A stretch of 64,000 nt of DNA from NCBI GenBank assembly GCA_048013815.1, contig CM106585.1, positions 930,001 to 994,000 of the forward strand. Direction: 5' to 3'. The stretch's first letter is position 1, and every line of letters starts with the position of its first letter. This document shows positions 37,089 to 49,539 of this stretch, one piece after another. A model generated the notes under the pieces. The model had not been told where the DNA came from, did not search any database, and saw nothing but the letters and a program-made list of their open reading frames with translations. This DNA is from Setoptus koraiensis. Taxonomy: Eukaryota; Animalia; Arthropoda. The position numbers were made by a program, and so were the translations under genes.

Positions 37089-40000
37089 CCTAAGATGCAA
37101 TAATCAACTATAGTCAGACGCTAATCAATAATGATATTGGAGATATTGATTTTTTTCTGTCTTGTCTTTCTTTCCCCACACAAATTCTCCGGCTGGTGGG
37201 CGACGTTATGCCTGTGTGTGTGTTATTTAATTGGTCGATTGTGTGAGTGGATAATATTACAATTTACTCAACTGACGTATGCTTGACTTGTCTAATTTGG
37301 CCTGTTAGAAATGATGATCTCTGAAGCCCAGTGGCATTCACGTGAATAATCCAATACCATTAGCCCGAATCAATGGATATATAATAGGCGGTTAACGTTC
37401 ACAACAGTGCCTTCTTATATAACCCTGTAAAATTGTGTTAGTCTGTGTTATTCAACATTTAAAATGCAGGAATCTTCAATGTACAATCTGATGGGCATAG
37501 GTCGACGAACAAATGATGATTTTGTGTGTCATTGCACAGAATTTCTGTTTGAGTGCGCAAAACATGCTCATTGAGAAGAGGCGATCGGCGCGCTAATTGT
37601 GCAAGCATTCTTGTTCAAGTTTTGCACCAACTAGTGCGTCCATTGAGTCATGCCTATGCATGTGTTGTGCGAATGAAGAATGAAATTTTATTTACTATTA
37701 CTATTGTTTTTACAGTGTTGCCAGGATTTGAATATTAGTTAATCCCATTAGTAGATTAATAACTATGAGTGTGTGCATGAAAAAAAGTGATATATTTGTT
37801 GCGATCTTGCCAGTGTGTTAGCTGGCACACACGCACATGACAGTGATGAGATTCCAATGCACAACATGTCAACACTGTGCAGTAGAAGCTTTCATTCTGA
37901 ATCTCGGCACACTTGATTTCCGCGCCACAAATCTATAGGTACTCAGAGAGGACATAGATGGCGACCAAGTATCTGTATAGACTCAACTAGGATGGGTGAG
38001 CAGAACAAACCATCAAATTGAACTAATTTACCTAATACATCTCACCGTCCGACGGTGACCGTCGATTCAGCTAGTTCAACTCACAAACAATATATTGTTC
38101 ATTAGAGATAGCTCAATTACTTAACAAATCCCCATTTTCCAGTGTCGACAATCGCTAGTTGGCTTTCCACTTCCGGTTTATCGCATTATCTCGCGAGCTA
38201 ATCGAGTTGGAATGCAATCAAATCAAAATCTGCCTTATCTAACAGGCCCGTACTCGCTGCACTCTCATCTTGTAGACATTTTCGATCAATCATCTATCTC
38301 AGCCAGTGGGTACCAGCAAATCACAACTACAAGCTATGCTGAAATGTTACAACAGTAAAATATAGCCACAAGACACCCATCGATTTACCGTTGTGCATGA
38401 GGCCAGTCTGCTGAAGGTGGAATTATCACGCATCTATGAGGCATCCTGGTCGCCTCGGTGACAGGTCCGCCTTTAAAATTAATTTATCCTCAACAGAACA
38501 ACTGGAAATCGATTCTATGGAAAGACCGAGAATGCAAGCGAAATTCCAGCTGTGTCAGTGCTTTAAGAAAGGGACAACTATAAAAACAAGACATTGTGAG
38601 CAGAGAGGAATTTACATGAACACAAAGCTACAAATCACTGCGTGAATCTTGTCTAACTTCGACAATTCCCAACTTTTTTTATCTACGTGTCCTCGTACTT
38701 CCACAGACACCACTGATAACTAGCATCAGTTTGATGTCAGATATATCCAACAGTTGAGATAGATAGATTAGACAGGCAACTCTTGGTGATCACAACAACA
38801 GGACCTAGTTGACATTTGATTAATTTGCTGTCCACTTTGATGTCGAGACACTCCGATGATATCGCTCTCATCAAGGTAAGGCACGTAATTTGTACATTAA
38901 GCGTATGTCAATCACTTTGAATAAACAAACATTCTGCAGTGTTGCAGTGTAGAGCACTGTATGTGGTGTTTGTCACTAATTTGTACAACATCAATTATAA
39001 AGCCAATGATCACTATGGTCAGTTGTAGCCATGTTTTGACAACACTGCGTCGTGTTCGGAATCAAGAACAAGTGTGACAACTTTAACGTACCTTTTTAGT
39101 TTTTATCTGACACCAAATTAACTTTCTTTTCTATATGCCGTCTTAATTAGTGCTGACCTCCTATTGAAACACCACAATGGTGGTGCTGCTATACAATATT
39201 ATTCATAGTGGTAACGAAGGAAGACGAGACCACAGGCTATTTCATTCATCTTGTTGGACACATTTAGCCTTGCAGATTGATTAGCAACGCGAACATATCC
39301 AATAGAGAGAAGAAAATCTTTGACAGACCAAGACAAACAAAATAGATTGAATAGTTTTTTACTCTTACTCGATGCGTAAAAACATCCGACACCAATGATA
39401 GCTCACAAAGATATCACACAGAAACACATACACAAAACGAACTCTATGGCTTATAACTGGCATCAGTCTAATAAGTCAAGCCCTCTTATTCTAACGTAGA
39501 GTTTAATTAACGCTAGATTTAATTAGTAGAATACAAAAATAAACCTGGTCACTTCTTTGGATAGCTGACCAAAATGAAAAAAAAACATGCTCTACGTGAT
39601 GCCGGTCAGTCAAAGAAGCAGTACAAGTATTTGAGAATAGTTGCACATCTAGATAAGTCAGATGGAATGAGATAGACAGGAAGATAAGTTAATCAATAAC
39701 TAAGCCACAGCTATTCCATTCGAACTGCACAGAAACTATTCAGTCGAATTCCTTTCGCCTTGAATCGCCGTTGCGAGAGAGGCTTTGCTAGTAAATTAAC
39801 TTCGCTTAATATGCAAAAAATCAACTATCGATATCGAGTGAAATTTGTATATGTTCTTAATCCAGTTGTATATTTGTAAATAATATATCTATCATATATT
39901 TATTTATTTTTATTTATATATCTATGTACAATATTTTGATTCCAGTACTCGCATGTTACAGCTACAAATAACTTGACATGCGTGTGCTTGAATGTAGATC

Positions 40001-41511
40001 AGGCCATTCATTCGAATGAGAGTTATAACTAAATTTTATCATGTTTATAGTTATAATCTGAGTAAGTAATCCTATCACATACAAATATTCATCTTATTAG
40101 TGGTAGCTTTCTTGGAAGATTAAAACCGATACTCGTTTCCATTCTGATTTTTTTTAATAAAGTCGTGAGTATTAGTTATTAATTTTCTTGAAAAGGTGAC
40201 GAGCCGATTCGTGAATATTGTCACTTTCGTGATGATGGATTTTACTTTTTTAATGTTATTCTCAGCTAAACTCTTAATAAGAAGGAACTGACAGTAGTAG
40301 CAGTAGTTGTTGCTCCTGTAGTCGTAGAAGTAAAGGCGATGGTGCTGGTAGCAGTCAATTGAGTGAGGGATAGGCGCTTGTTTTCAAGTGATTAGACGCT
40401 TCAAGTGATTGTTGTATGTAAGTTGTCGGACATCAAAGCATGTTGTCTATCCTTGTTTAATTTCAATTCATGCACCTTCTTAACACTAACACTTTTGACT
40501 TGTTGTTTAGCTGTTATTATTAAGGATCGCCTTATGATAATTACATTGAATCCAGTTCGCCTACTTTATTTTGATTTGTGTGTTTGTTAAGCCAGTCTGA
40601 ATTGAACAGCCACAAATACTATCAAGTTGTTGTAAACAGTCTTAGTAGCCTCTAGACAACTATGATGACCATTAAATAAAAACGATATGCGAATGAATCC
40701 AATCATTTTTATTCATTCACTCAATTATGATAGATAATAAAAACGTGTAACTCTCGTCCCGTTACCTTCAGCCATCTTTTTCATCCATCATCGCGACCAC
40801 TTCTACTTCTTTCTTGTGCTTGGTTCAGTTATCTCACTTCACGATACTACACTATCATTATGTGTACCACTGAACCAGCCAGCTAGCCGACTACTATTAT
40901 TATTTAACATATAGTGGCAATACATATTAGTAAGAATTGAAATAACTGTAAGATGTTGATTTGCTGTTGATCGAAGAATTTGATAATAGAATTGCTCACT
41001 CATCATTCCATTTAGGTCTTTATCGCTTGGCACAACCAACTGGTCATTTTTAAATTCTTAACTTAACTGGCTAGCAGCAGAAGCAACAACAACTTGCAAA
41101 CTTGTTGCTTGCATTCTATTCGTTGCATTTGCAAAAGGGTGCGTTCTATTTTTGCTTTCAGTTACTTCTCCTCGTCTTCTTTTTGCTGTAGATGTGTGTC
41201 TGTGTGTAAAAATATTTAATACTTGTAGAGATCGATTTTGTTTGTTATTTGTATGGCAGTTGAACGTTACCAAGGTACAGATAAAGAAGGAATGAAATTC
41301 CGTGACTAGATGTCATAGTATTTGTGTGTGCATGTGTAGACACTCTGTTCTGAATGTGTTGTTCAATCAAATGAATCCAATTCATACAATGATGATGATA
41401 AGGTTGGTATATAAAATGAGTGAGGATACCACTGTAAGCTGAAACTAATGCACGTTGCAGCTAGGCAAAAGGCGGACCATCTTGTAGCTGACATGTGGGA
41501 CCACCAATGGT

Positions 41512-41803
41512 TCAGCAATCCGTACTCAACTTATCTGGCCAACCATAAGGGAATGGAGTGTTTCCATTCAGGCTTGACGCACCGGCTGTGCTGCTGCTAT
41601 CGTAAATGGCCATGATGTCATGAGCTTGTTGCAATTGATTGTTGCTGTTGGCGCTATTACAATTGATGGCAGTGGCCACTTGAGGACCGATGGTAGTTTG
41701 TTGGGTTGATTTCGAGCAGATAATGTTAGTTTTTTGATTATCGCGAACTATGGCAGGCAAGGCAAAATGGCGTTGCTGACCACACGGTGTTTGCTGTTGT
41801 TGT

Positions 41804-41835
<32 letters not shown>

Positions 41836-44800
41836 ATGTACACTTTGGCCATTGACTGATTGTTGGACAGCGGATTTGAGTAATCTTGATGCTAAAGCCA
41901 ATTGATTCATTTGCATTTGCGGCTGATGGTGACTCTGTTGTGAGGCACGACCTCCCATGGTTTGTGAAGACGAAGAGGAAGGAGATACTGCTGCTGTTGT
42001 ATTCAAGCCGAGTTGACGCGCAAGAGTGGCAATATGTCTCGCTTGCTGATCCGGACTTAGCTGACCATATAAAGTAGGCAACAACAATTTGGCAATGTAA
42101 GGATTGTCGTCATCGATACACTCGTAAATGTGCTCTTGCATGAGACCTTTTGAAGTGGCTGTAGATCGTTGTTGCTGATGTTTTTGCTTGATTAGAAGTT
42201 GCTGAACTATATTTTGCACCTCAGACTGATATGCGTTGGGACAGGACATTGATAGTTGCGATAAAGCATCACCGTATTGGTGTAAAGCAGAGTTAGATAA
42301 GAGGAGCGATAAATCATTTGTAACAGCACCTCCAGATGTACCATTGTTTGCGTCGATTTGTTGTTGGCTCATAGCTTGGCCAGCTAGTCTTCTACAACCA
42401 TAATCGGACGATGATGTTAACGATTGTTCATCCGTTATATGGTAACCTTTCTGTTGTTGGCTATTGTTTGTTGTTGCCGAGCTAGATATAGACTCTGCTG
42501 TATTCATCATTGGTGAAACTATAGACGAGTTTTGGTTCAATTGATAATGATTGTTGTTTGAATTGGCTTGATGAAGACCGTAAATTTGTTTTTGCTGTTG
42601 TTGCTGCTGGAACAACAACTTGTTTCCATTGCCCAAACCTACTGTCACTTGGGTAGGATTGTAACTCAAAGATGCATTGTTGTGCGACTGCATAGGAGTT
42701 AGTTGACACGATTGTGCACCTCCGTCTATTAGATTATTTTGTCCATCAAGTGGAGCATCGCCAATCTGATTGTTTAGATAAGCGGCCGAGATTGCTATCT
42801 TCTGCTGTTGCTGACCTGAACCAAACGCATTGGCCATATTATGCGATTGATGGTTGAGCACACTGTTTCTCACTGATGTTAGTGTATGCTGATTGGTCAC
42901 AGGATGACGAACAACACCACTCAAAGAACCTGAGGAATAGGAAGATTGATTTGAAGAAGCAGCGCCGCTCAAATGGACATTAGCTGAACCATTGTTGCTT
43001 GGATATTTCCCTGTCGGACTAGAGTTATTCGGGGCGAGTGACAATCTCATGAAGAAACGGATCAAACTGAAACGCTGAAACACAAGTTTGTAATAGTGAA
43101 GGACCTGATTGCTTTGTAAACACTGTGTAGTAAATATAAATATACCCATTAAAGCATTGGCCACAGCGAATATCAATGTAGAGACGACAATAATTATTGC
43201 AGATCTCTGATGATTGTAATTAGGTAACTTCCCAGGTGATAATTGGCTCCCAAAAGTAGATCCGACTAAGAGCTGTTGTTGAACTATACCGTTGTTGCTG
43301 AATGAATTATGTTGAATCACACTAATATTGTTACTATCAATCAGGTAGGGTAGAGCAAGCGTCCATGTGAGGGCAACCAATAGTACCAGTAAAATGGTCT
43401 TTTTTAACCTTACACTGTACAACACAAAATTGGGAATACATAACATAAACAATAATCATAAATATGCATGATTTGTTTTAGTGATAGATATATAAAATGA
43501 AAAGAGAAACAGCAATGATTAACGTTTGATACTTTAGGTCAAATTATTTATAAGTGTAACTGTGATATTAACCGAGAAAAGTTAATTAACATAAATAAAT
43601 AAAATCAAAAGATAAATGAGTGAACATAAAGATTTACTTACCTCATGTGGTTGAATTTCTTTCTATCAGATTGCTTCTTCAGTGTCAATGTCATGTGATT
43701 TGTTGTGATTAAACCACTAGTGAGGTTTCCACCGTTACCAACATAACCGTTCATGTGTCGGTTATATTTATTGATATAATATACGCATATCACTAAGTAG
43801 GTGGCCGTGGCTACAAGCAATAGAAGTAGGGGTGCCATTGCTAGAGACATGAGCTTTTGACCACTGAAAACAGTAGCTGCTCCAAATGAGGATGCCGCTA
43901 ACCAGCAATGGTTAATTACTAAAGATTGCTGACTGGATGGCCCATAATAATAAACTTGTGGTGTTACAAAACTAGTTATGCAAACAACTAGACATGGTAC
44001 TGCATATGCTATCAGGTGCATATATCTTGATCGTCTTGTTGTCCATGAGGAAACTTCTAAATGATCATAGTGGTCAACATCATTCTTGTTAAGCCAATAG
44101 GCATTGCTTTGTTGGATGTCACTTGTAGGTGAGTTACAGTTGATAACATTCCGAATCAAAGGAATAGGACCGGTAGTGGCGTTGTTTATCAGCGGTGGCA
44201 ATGTGGCAGTAATAGTTGCGTTAGTGTCTTGAGAAGTTGGTGATCCTATGGACGAAGAATCCGTTTGTTGCTGTTGCAATTGTAGCATATGCTGCATTAA
44301 ACTAATATCATGACTCTGATTACCGCTCACTACTAAACAAGGATTCGGTGAACTGGCCGGTTGTTGATGGCTAGACAGTAGCGATGCTAACTTGTTCGCT
44401 TGCTGATTCGTTCTATGATGGTGATGACTATGTTTGTAATGATTGTTGACGGCTGTAGTCGACTTGAGGAAGCTCTTCAAATTTTTATGCAATTCATGCG
44501 CCTCGATTAAGCACCACATAAATGTGGCCATTAAAGCAAAGTGCATTAGACGCGATACAACATGACAATAAAGCTTATGATGATTATAATGATTCACAGT
44601 GACCAGATATAAAAACTCTACAACTAAGACTGTAAGGCACAGATTCTTATAAATAATCATTCCAATTTCACTATTAGTATTTTTATGTAGTTGCTCATGC
44701 ACTGTTGGACTGTTTATGTTATTATTTCCGTTAATCAAGCAAGCAGAATTGTCGAACAAAGATGTATTGGTGTTGTTTATTGCTGGAATTGGGCTCATAA

Positions 44801-47395
44801 AATCATCTACTAAGCTTGTGGATGTGTTATTGTAGTTGTTGATAACAGTGTAGGATGTTTTTTGCTGAATGTTTTTTTGTTGATGCTGACCATAATCTGA
44901 TTGCTCTTGTTGTTTAGATATTGTATGGCTATCTACTCTCTGCTGAGGGGCATAGATGGTATTATTGTTGCTAGTCGATGCAGATGATAACTTTTGCTGT
45001 TGCTGATAATAACTACTTGCACCATAATAATAGTTGTTATTTCTTTGTTGTTTTCTTTGATTTGAAAGTCTTCTTTGTTGACGCACCATAAAAACTAAGG
45101 TGATCAATGTTAGACTCAAGCACACAGACGATATTATAAAGCTACAGAAAGTTATCGTACGCCAAAGTGGATCGTGACTCAGATAAGGCATTGGCACCGT
45201 CTATATTGTTGTATACATTTGTTGATGCAGCGAGCATTGTTTAGTTTTTTCATAATAGAATGTGTAAGATATATGAGAATAAAAGAGAGGTGGGAGAAAC
45301 CGATTTGAGGTCAGTCACGCGTACAATTAATTTGCAGTGAGAAGGTTAAAATTTTGTCATCAAATCACTCAGTATTGTATATCTACATAGATTGTACAAC
45401 CTTGGGTAATTGAATTTGTCTTTTCTTCGACAGTGTTTTAAACAAAGATCTTAAGCAGAACAAAATCTGAAGTTATGAGGCATCTCAGATGGTACTTACC
45501 ATACTGTTCGGAATGGTCAGGTCCATAAGGACAGCATAATAGGCTAAATGATCACAAGAACAACTGGTATGAGTGGCATTGGTTTCAATGTGTTTGCAAC
45601 CCTGGCCTGTCCAATCTTTTCGCATTTGATCCCAAAAAACGCATCTAGGATTTGTTACATTATCTTGTTGCAAATGGCGCATTGTTATTGATACTGGCTC
45701 GCTCAAGATAATGGGTCTATCCATCGTGGACAAAGTTGTTAGATCACTATTTATGAAAGTAACATTTCTCTGTTGATCTGCCGACTGTAAGTATTTGGTG
45801 ATGATTTGTATCAAGGCAATGATCAAGATGATATAATTGATTAGTAATAATTATTACCAGTCTATTTGAAATAGATGATTTTTTTTTTTTGAGAATATGA
45901 AGAAATTCAAACTTGAGTCGATTAGATCACTTACCGCATCTACCACGACGACATAAACAGTTAGTCTATCACAAGCGCAGCTGGTATGAGTTGTATTTGT
46001 CTCAATAAGCGCACAGCCTCTAGTTGTCCAAACTTTAGATTGTTGGTCCCAAAGAACGCACCTCGGATTTGAAATGTTTCCTTGCACTGGTGAATGGTGA
46101 CGCATTGTTATTTGCTCTGGCACAGCTAATACCAATGGTCTGTCTTTTAGTCCAATCATGGACAGAGACATCACTTCGCTGTTGAAGAAAGTAACTGGAC
46201 CTGTTGCTGGATTTTTGTTGTAGTTGTAATTGTTGTTGTTGGTGTTAGATGGTGTTGCATCATAAGAGTAGGGCGGTGGCTCTGATCCATTAAATGTGGA
46301 TGGATCCATTGGAGCAGTTATTGGTAGACGAATAACGTTTGAGTATAATTCTTCAAGATATTGCGGACTAAGTGAGAGTTGTTCTGATACTTGATCTGAA
46401 TCTGGAAGGCTTGGATGTTGTATTTGACTAATTTGAGATTTACTATTACTATTAATTCTCGTGTTTGTTGACGGATTATTATTGCTATAAGATGGCAATT
46501 GACGAGGATCTTGTATAGTAATAGTTCTGTCAGGTAGATTATCTGTAACAAATGGTTGATTACTTGGTGGTTTGATAGGTGTTTGATTCGGTGGATTAAC
46601 AGTGGGATCTGATCTAGTCCAAATATCCATGTTATTTATTGGATCTGATTGGACTGATGTATGGGGCACTGGTGGTTGTGTTTGTTGTTGCGTTGGTGGA
46701 TAATTGCTATTACTATTAGAGGGCTGTTGCTGTTGTATTAGCTGAGGTATTTCTTGGCATTGATAATGTACTTCAAGATATTTGCGCGTTTTAGGACATT
46801 TATCACCGAATATTGAACTTGAGGCATTAACAGCGCAAGATGGTTGCATATCGCAACGTTCTTGCATAATTCTGAAAGAGATGGGCGACATACAATCGAT
46901 GCTCCAATCTAATTGGCCCTGCTCGTTACAGATGGCTATTGAGAATCTACCAAAATTGGCACGAATTAAATTAATTCTGGTGCCCTCATCACATTCAATT
47001 TGTAGCTGACGATCTTCGCATGCCAATTGGGTAAGGTAGCGTGATTTAACTACTGGCAGGGCATGCTGTTGGCCGCTTGTTGTGGTCCATAGTGATGTGC
47101 TGTTTTGTTGATAGATGAAAGCCGAATTGGGTGCATTTGTAATGGTGGAGGTGGTGGGGTTATTTTGAGCGGTGTTTGCGTTGGCGGCCTCAGCCACACC
47201 AAGCAGATGATTATGGGGCCACTTGGCGTGCACATAATCAATATTATTATTACTGCTAAGGTGGTTGTGTTGTCGTATAAATAAATGGCTCATATATATA
47301 ATTGGATAACATGGTAATAGTGAATTGATTGCACAATAAGCAACAATAACAGTGATCACATTTAAGATAGTAACGGAGTGATGATTCCTCACCAT
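41512..47395 (-). CDS. Cirl: Latrophilin/Cirl adhesion GPCR with duplicated GPS. Exons 47395-45935, 45784-45500, 45200-43642, 43414-41512; ~1735 aa
   Basis: N-terminal hydrophobic leader; SUEL/rhamnose-binding lectin (ACED..LQIEC..G..I.LIRANFGR...C...YLEVHYQC); two GPS motifs (NPRCV.WD....W...GC......T..SC.C); secretin-like 7TM (KNLC, HF..MATFMWCLIEA, YAVP, CWL, LTWT); cytoplasmic EHIYECID motif; C-terminal STDC. All three introns have GTAAGT donors and phases close the frame (5208 nt). Confidence 0.9.
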
Positions 47396-49500
47396 ATTTA
47401 GTTTTTCACATCTTCCAATTTCATTGTTGTGTGTGATGGTTAGCTGTTGTTTGTGTATTGGTGCTTGCCTCTGTTTGTTGCTCTATCTTCTCTGATTGGT
47501 TATTCTCTGATTGATTATTCTCGGATTGATTTTTCGATTGGATGCTGAGTTTGAATTGGTGGCTAAATCGGTGACAAAATGTGGCTGTAATGTGAGAGTT
47601 CAGTTGTCGCGCTGCTAATTGAATTCATTCGATGCTTATAAATTAATTAAAAAATGCTGATAATTCTAGTTAAATAGTGATAATGGTAATGCATTGAGTT
47701 GTGACGCCGGTGTCTAAAATAATAAATGATGATAACAATTAGCTCGTGTGCAAATCGAATCGAATGAAATCGAATGCAATTGGAATATGTTGACGCATAA
47801 AGTTGATCGTGTGTTGCATGTACTCTCGTCGCGGACGCTGAAACAGACTAAATTCTATTTCAAACAGTTCGCTCAGTTTCGTTCGTTCGTTCGCTCTCTC
47901 GCTCGTTCGTTCGTTCGCTGCCTGCCGCTTGCCGCTGTTAGTTCGAATATCGACACACACACACACACACTCTTGCTCACGAACAGCCTAGTGAACAGTA
48001 GATGCCATGGCACTAACACGCTCCATACCATACTACAGTGACTACAGTAAAGTGCTGTATAGTGCTGTACAGTGCGCCGGCCCGGGCCACGGAATTGAGC
48101 CACCAGCTCACACAAGCAGCGCACAGGTTCCACCACTGCGCATCAGCGATAAGATTCGATGTGCGCATGCGCAGTGTCACCATTGTTCATCATGAGCGTC
48201 GAATCATGAGCTACACACACACGCACACACACACACACACACACACAGTCTAACACACAGAGAGCAGTACTGTAGACACACGCACACGCATACTGTATGG
48301 GGCATACACACACTACTACTAGTACAGTGCAGTATAATAATAAGGCAGCCGAATGTGCGAATGTGCGAATGAGCGAGCAAACACAAACGAGAAGCATGCA
48401 CACACCGCGATAGAACGATACAAGTTCTATCGCGGCACAACAACCGACCAGCGATCGAACCAATGGATGGACAGACGGACGCACCAAGGGCTCGTTACTT
48501 GCCAGTTACAACAGCATGATGAAACCAACACTAATGATGCTGTGCTGAGCGGCTCGTTTTTTCCTCTGCTTTCGTTTGCTTTCGTCCGCTTGCGTCCGCT
48601 TTCGTATGCTTTAGTTTTTAGTTCGTGCTTTTGCACAAAACAACCGCAGCTCACCGTTCAACAGAGACTGTTCAACAGTGACTGCTGTGTTTGGGTTTCT
48701 TGGCCACTCGATCTACTCGCTGCTGCCAGCACACACACACACACATGCGAAAGCCATACAACAGCGCGTGCTTGCGCCAATGCAACGCCATGCAATCCGG
48801 GCCGCAGTGGTCGCCAGTGCAGTGGCTGGCAGCGGCAAGTAGCCAACAAGTTGACCATTGTCCAGTGTGGCGGTCGGGTAGGTGTAGCGACCAATTAATG
48901 CACAGACACGCACAGGGATGTAAATGATAGCTGGTGTGAGTGCGCAGTGCAGGGGAGAGAGTACATCTGTGTTTGTATGCACTGTTGAATGTTGCCGGCG
49001 CTGCTGTTGTTGATAATAAGAGCAGGCACACATGAGAAACAATCATGACATGGTTGGCTGAAAGCAGCGCCTGCTCTAGGTCATCATTGGTCATCATGAT
49101 GATAATCATTGCAAATTGTAAGACAACATCAGTTGGCGCTGATGCTCGACTCGCAAATGCTCAAATGGCAGCCAGTCTGTCAGGCTGGCAGCCGGACAGG
49201 CAGGCAGGCGAGCAGTCAGCCAAGCACAGCAACAACAAGTAATTGAGAAGACGGAGCAGCATACAGTAACGAGCATCATTATCATGGCCACGGCCAAGTC
49301 TGCACTATGTTAATGGTCAAGTTCCTCCAGCAAACCAACAACTGGTGCTACTGATACCTGTTTGTGTCGGCGCAGCAACAGTGACAGATAAACAATCACA
49401 TTCGTCGGGCCGGTTATCGTTTGCATTGGCCGCCGTCTGACACACACACACACCCCGGTGACCGGTCGGCTTCAGGCGAACGTGTCGACGATAATTGTGA

Positions 49501-49502
<2 letters not shown>

Positions 49503-49537
<35 letters not shown>
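49503..49537. repeat. (GT)n microsatellite
   Basis: Seen directly in the sequence. Confidence 0.95.

Positions 49538-49539
<2 letters not shown>

Noticed and set aside
39826-39833. TATCGATA (DRE promoter element)
   Set aside because: A single AT-rich 8-mer is expected by chance in 64 kb, and no gene start was identified nearby.
38840-40770. Isolated strong splice donors after short open frames (MSRHSDDIALIK|GTAAGG at ~38876 on plus; MMDEKRWLK|GTAACG at ~40765 on minus)
   Set aside because: No in-phase partner exons were found, and such donors occur by chance in 4 kb.
9020-45085. Idea that low-complexity protein insertions are exonised former introns
   Set aside because: The inserts are A/C-rich (AAC/CAA codons) on the sense strand and lack GT...AG ends, unlike the AT/T-rich true introns here. 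Repeat slippage is the simpler explanation.
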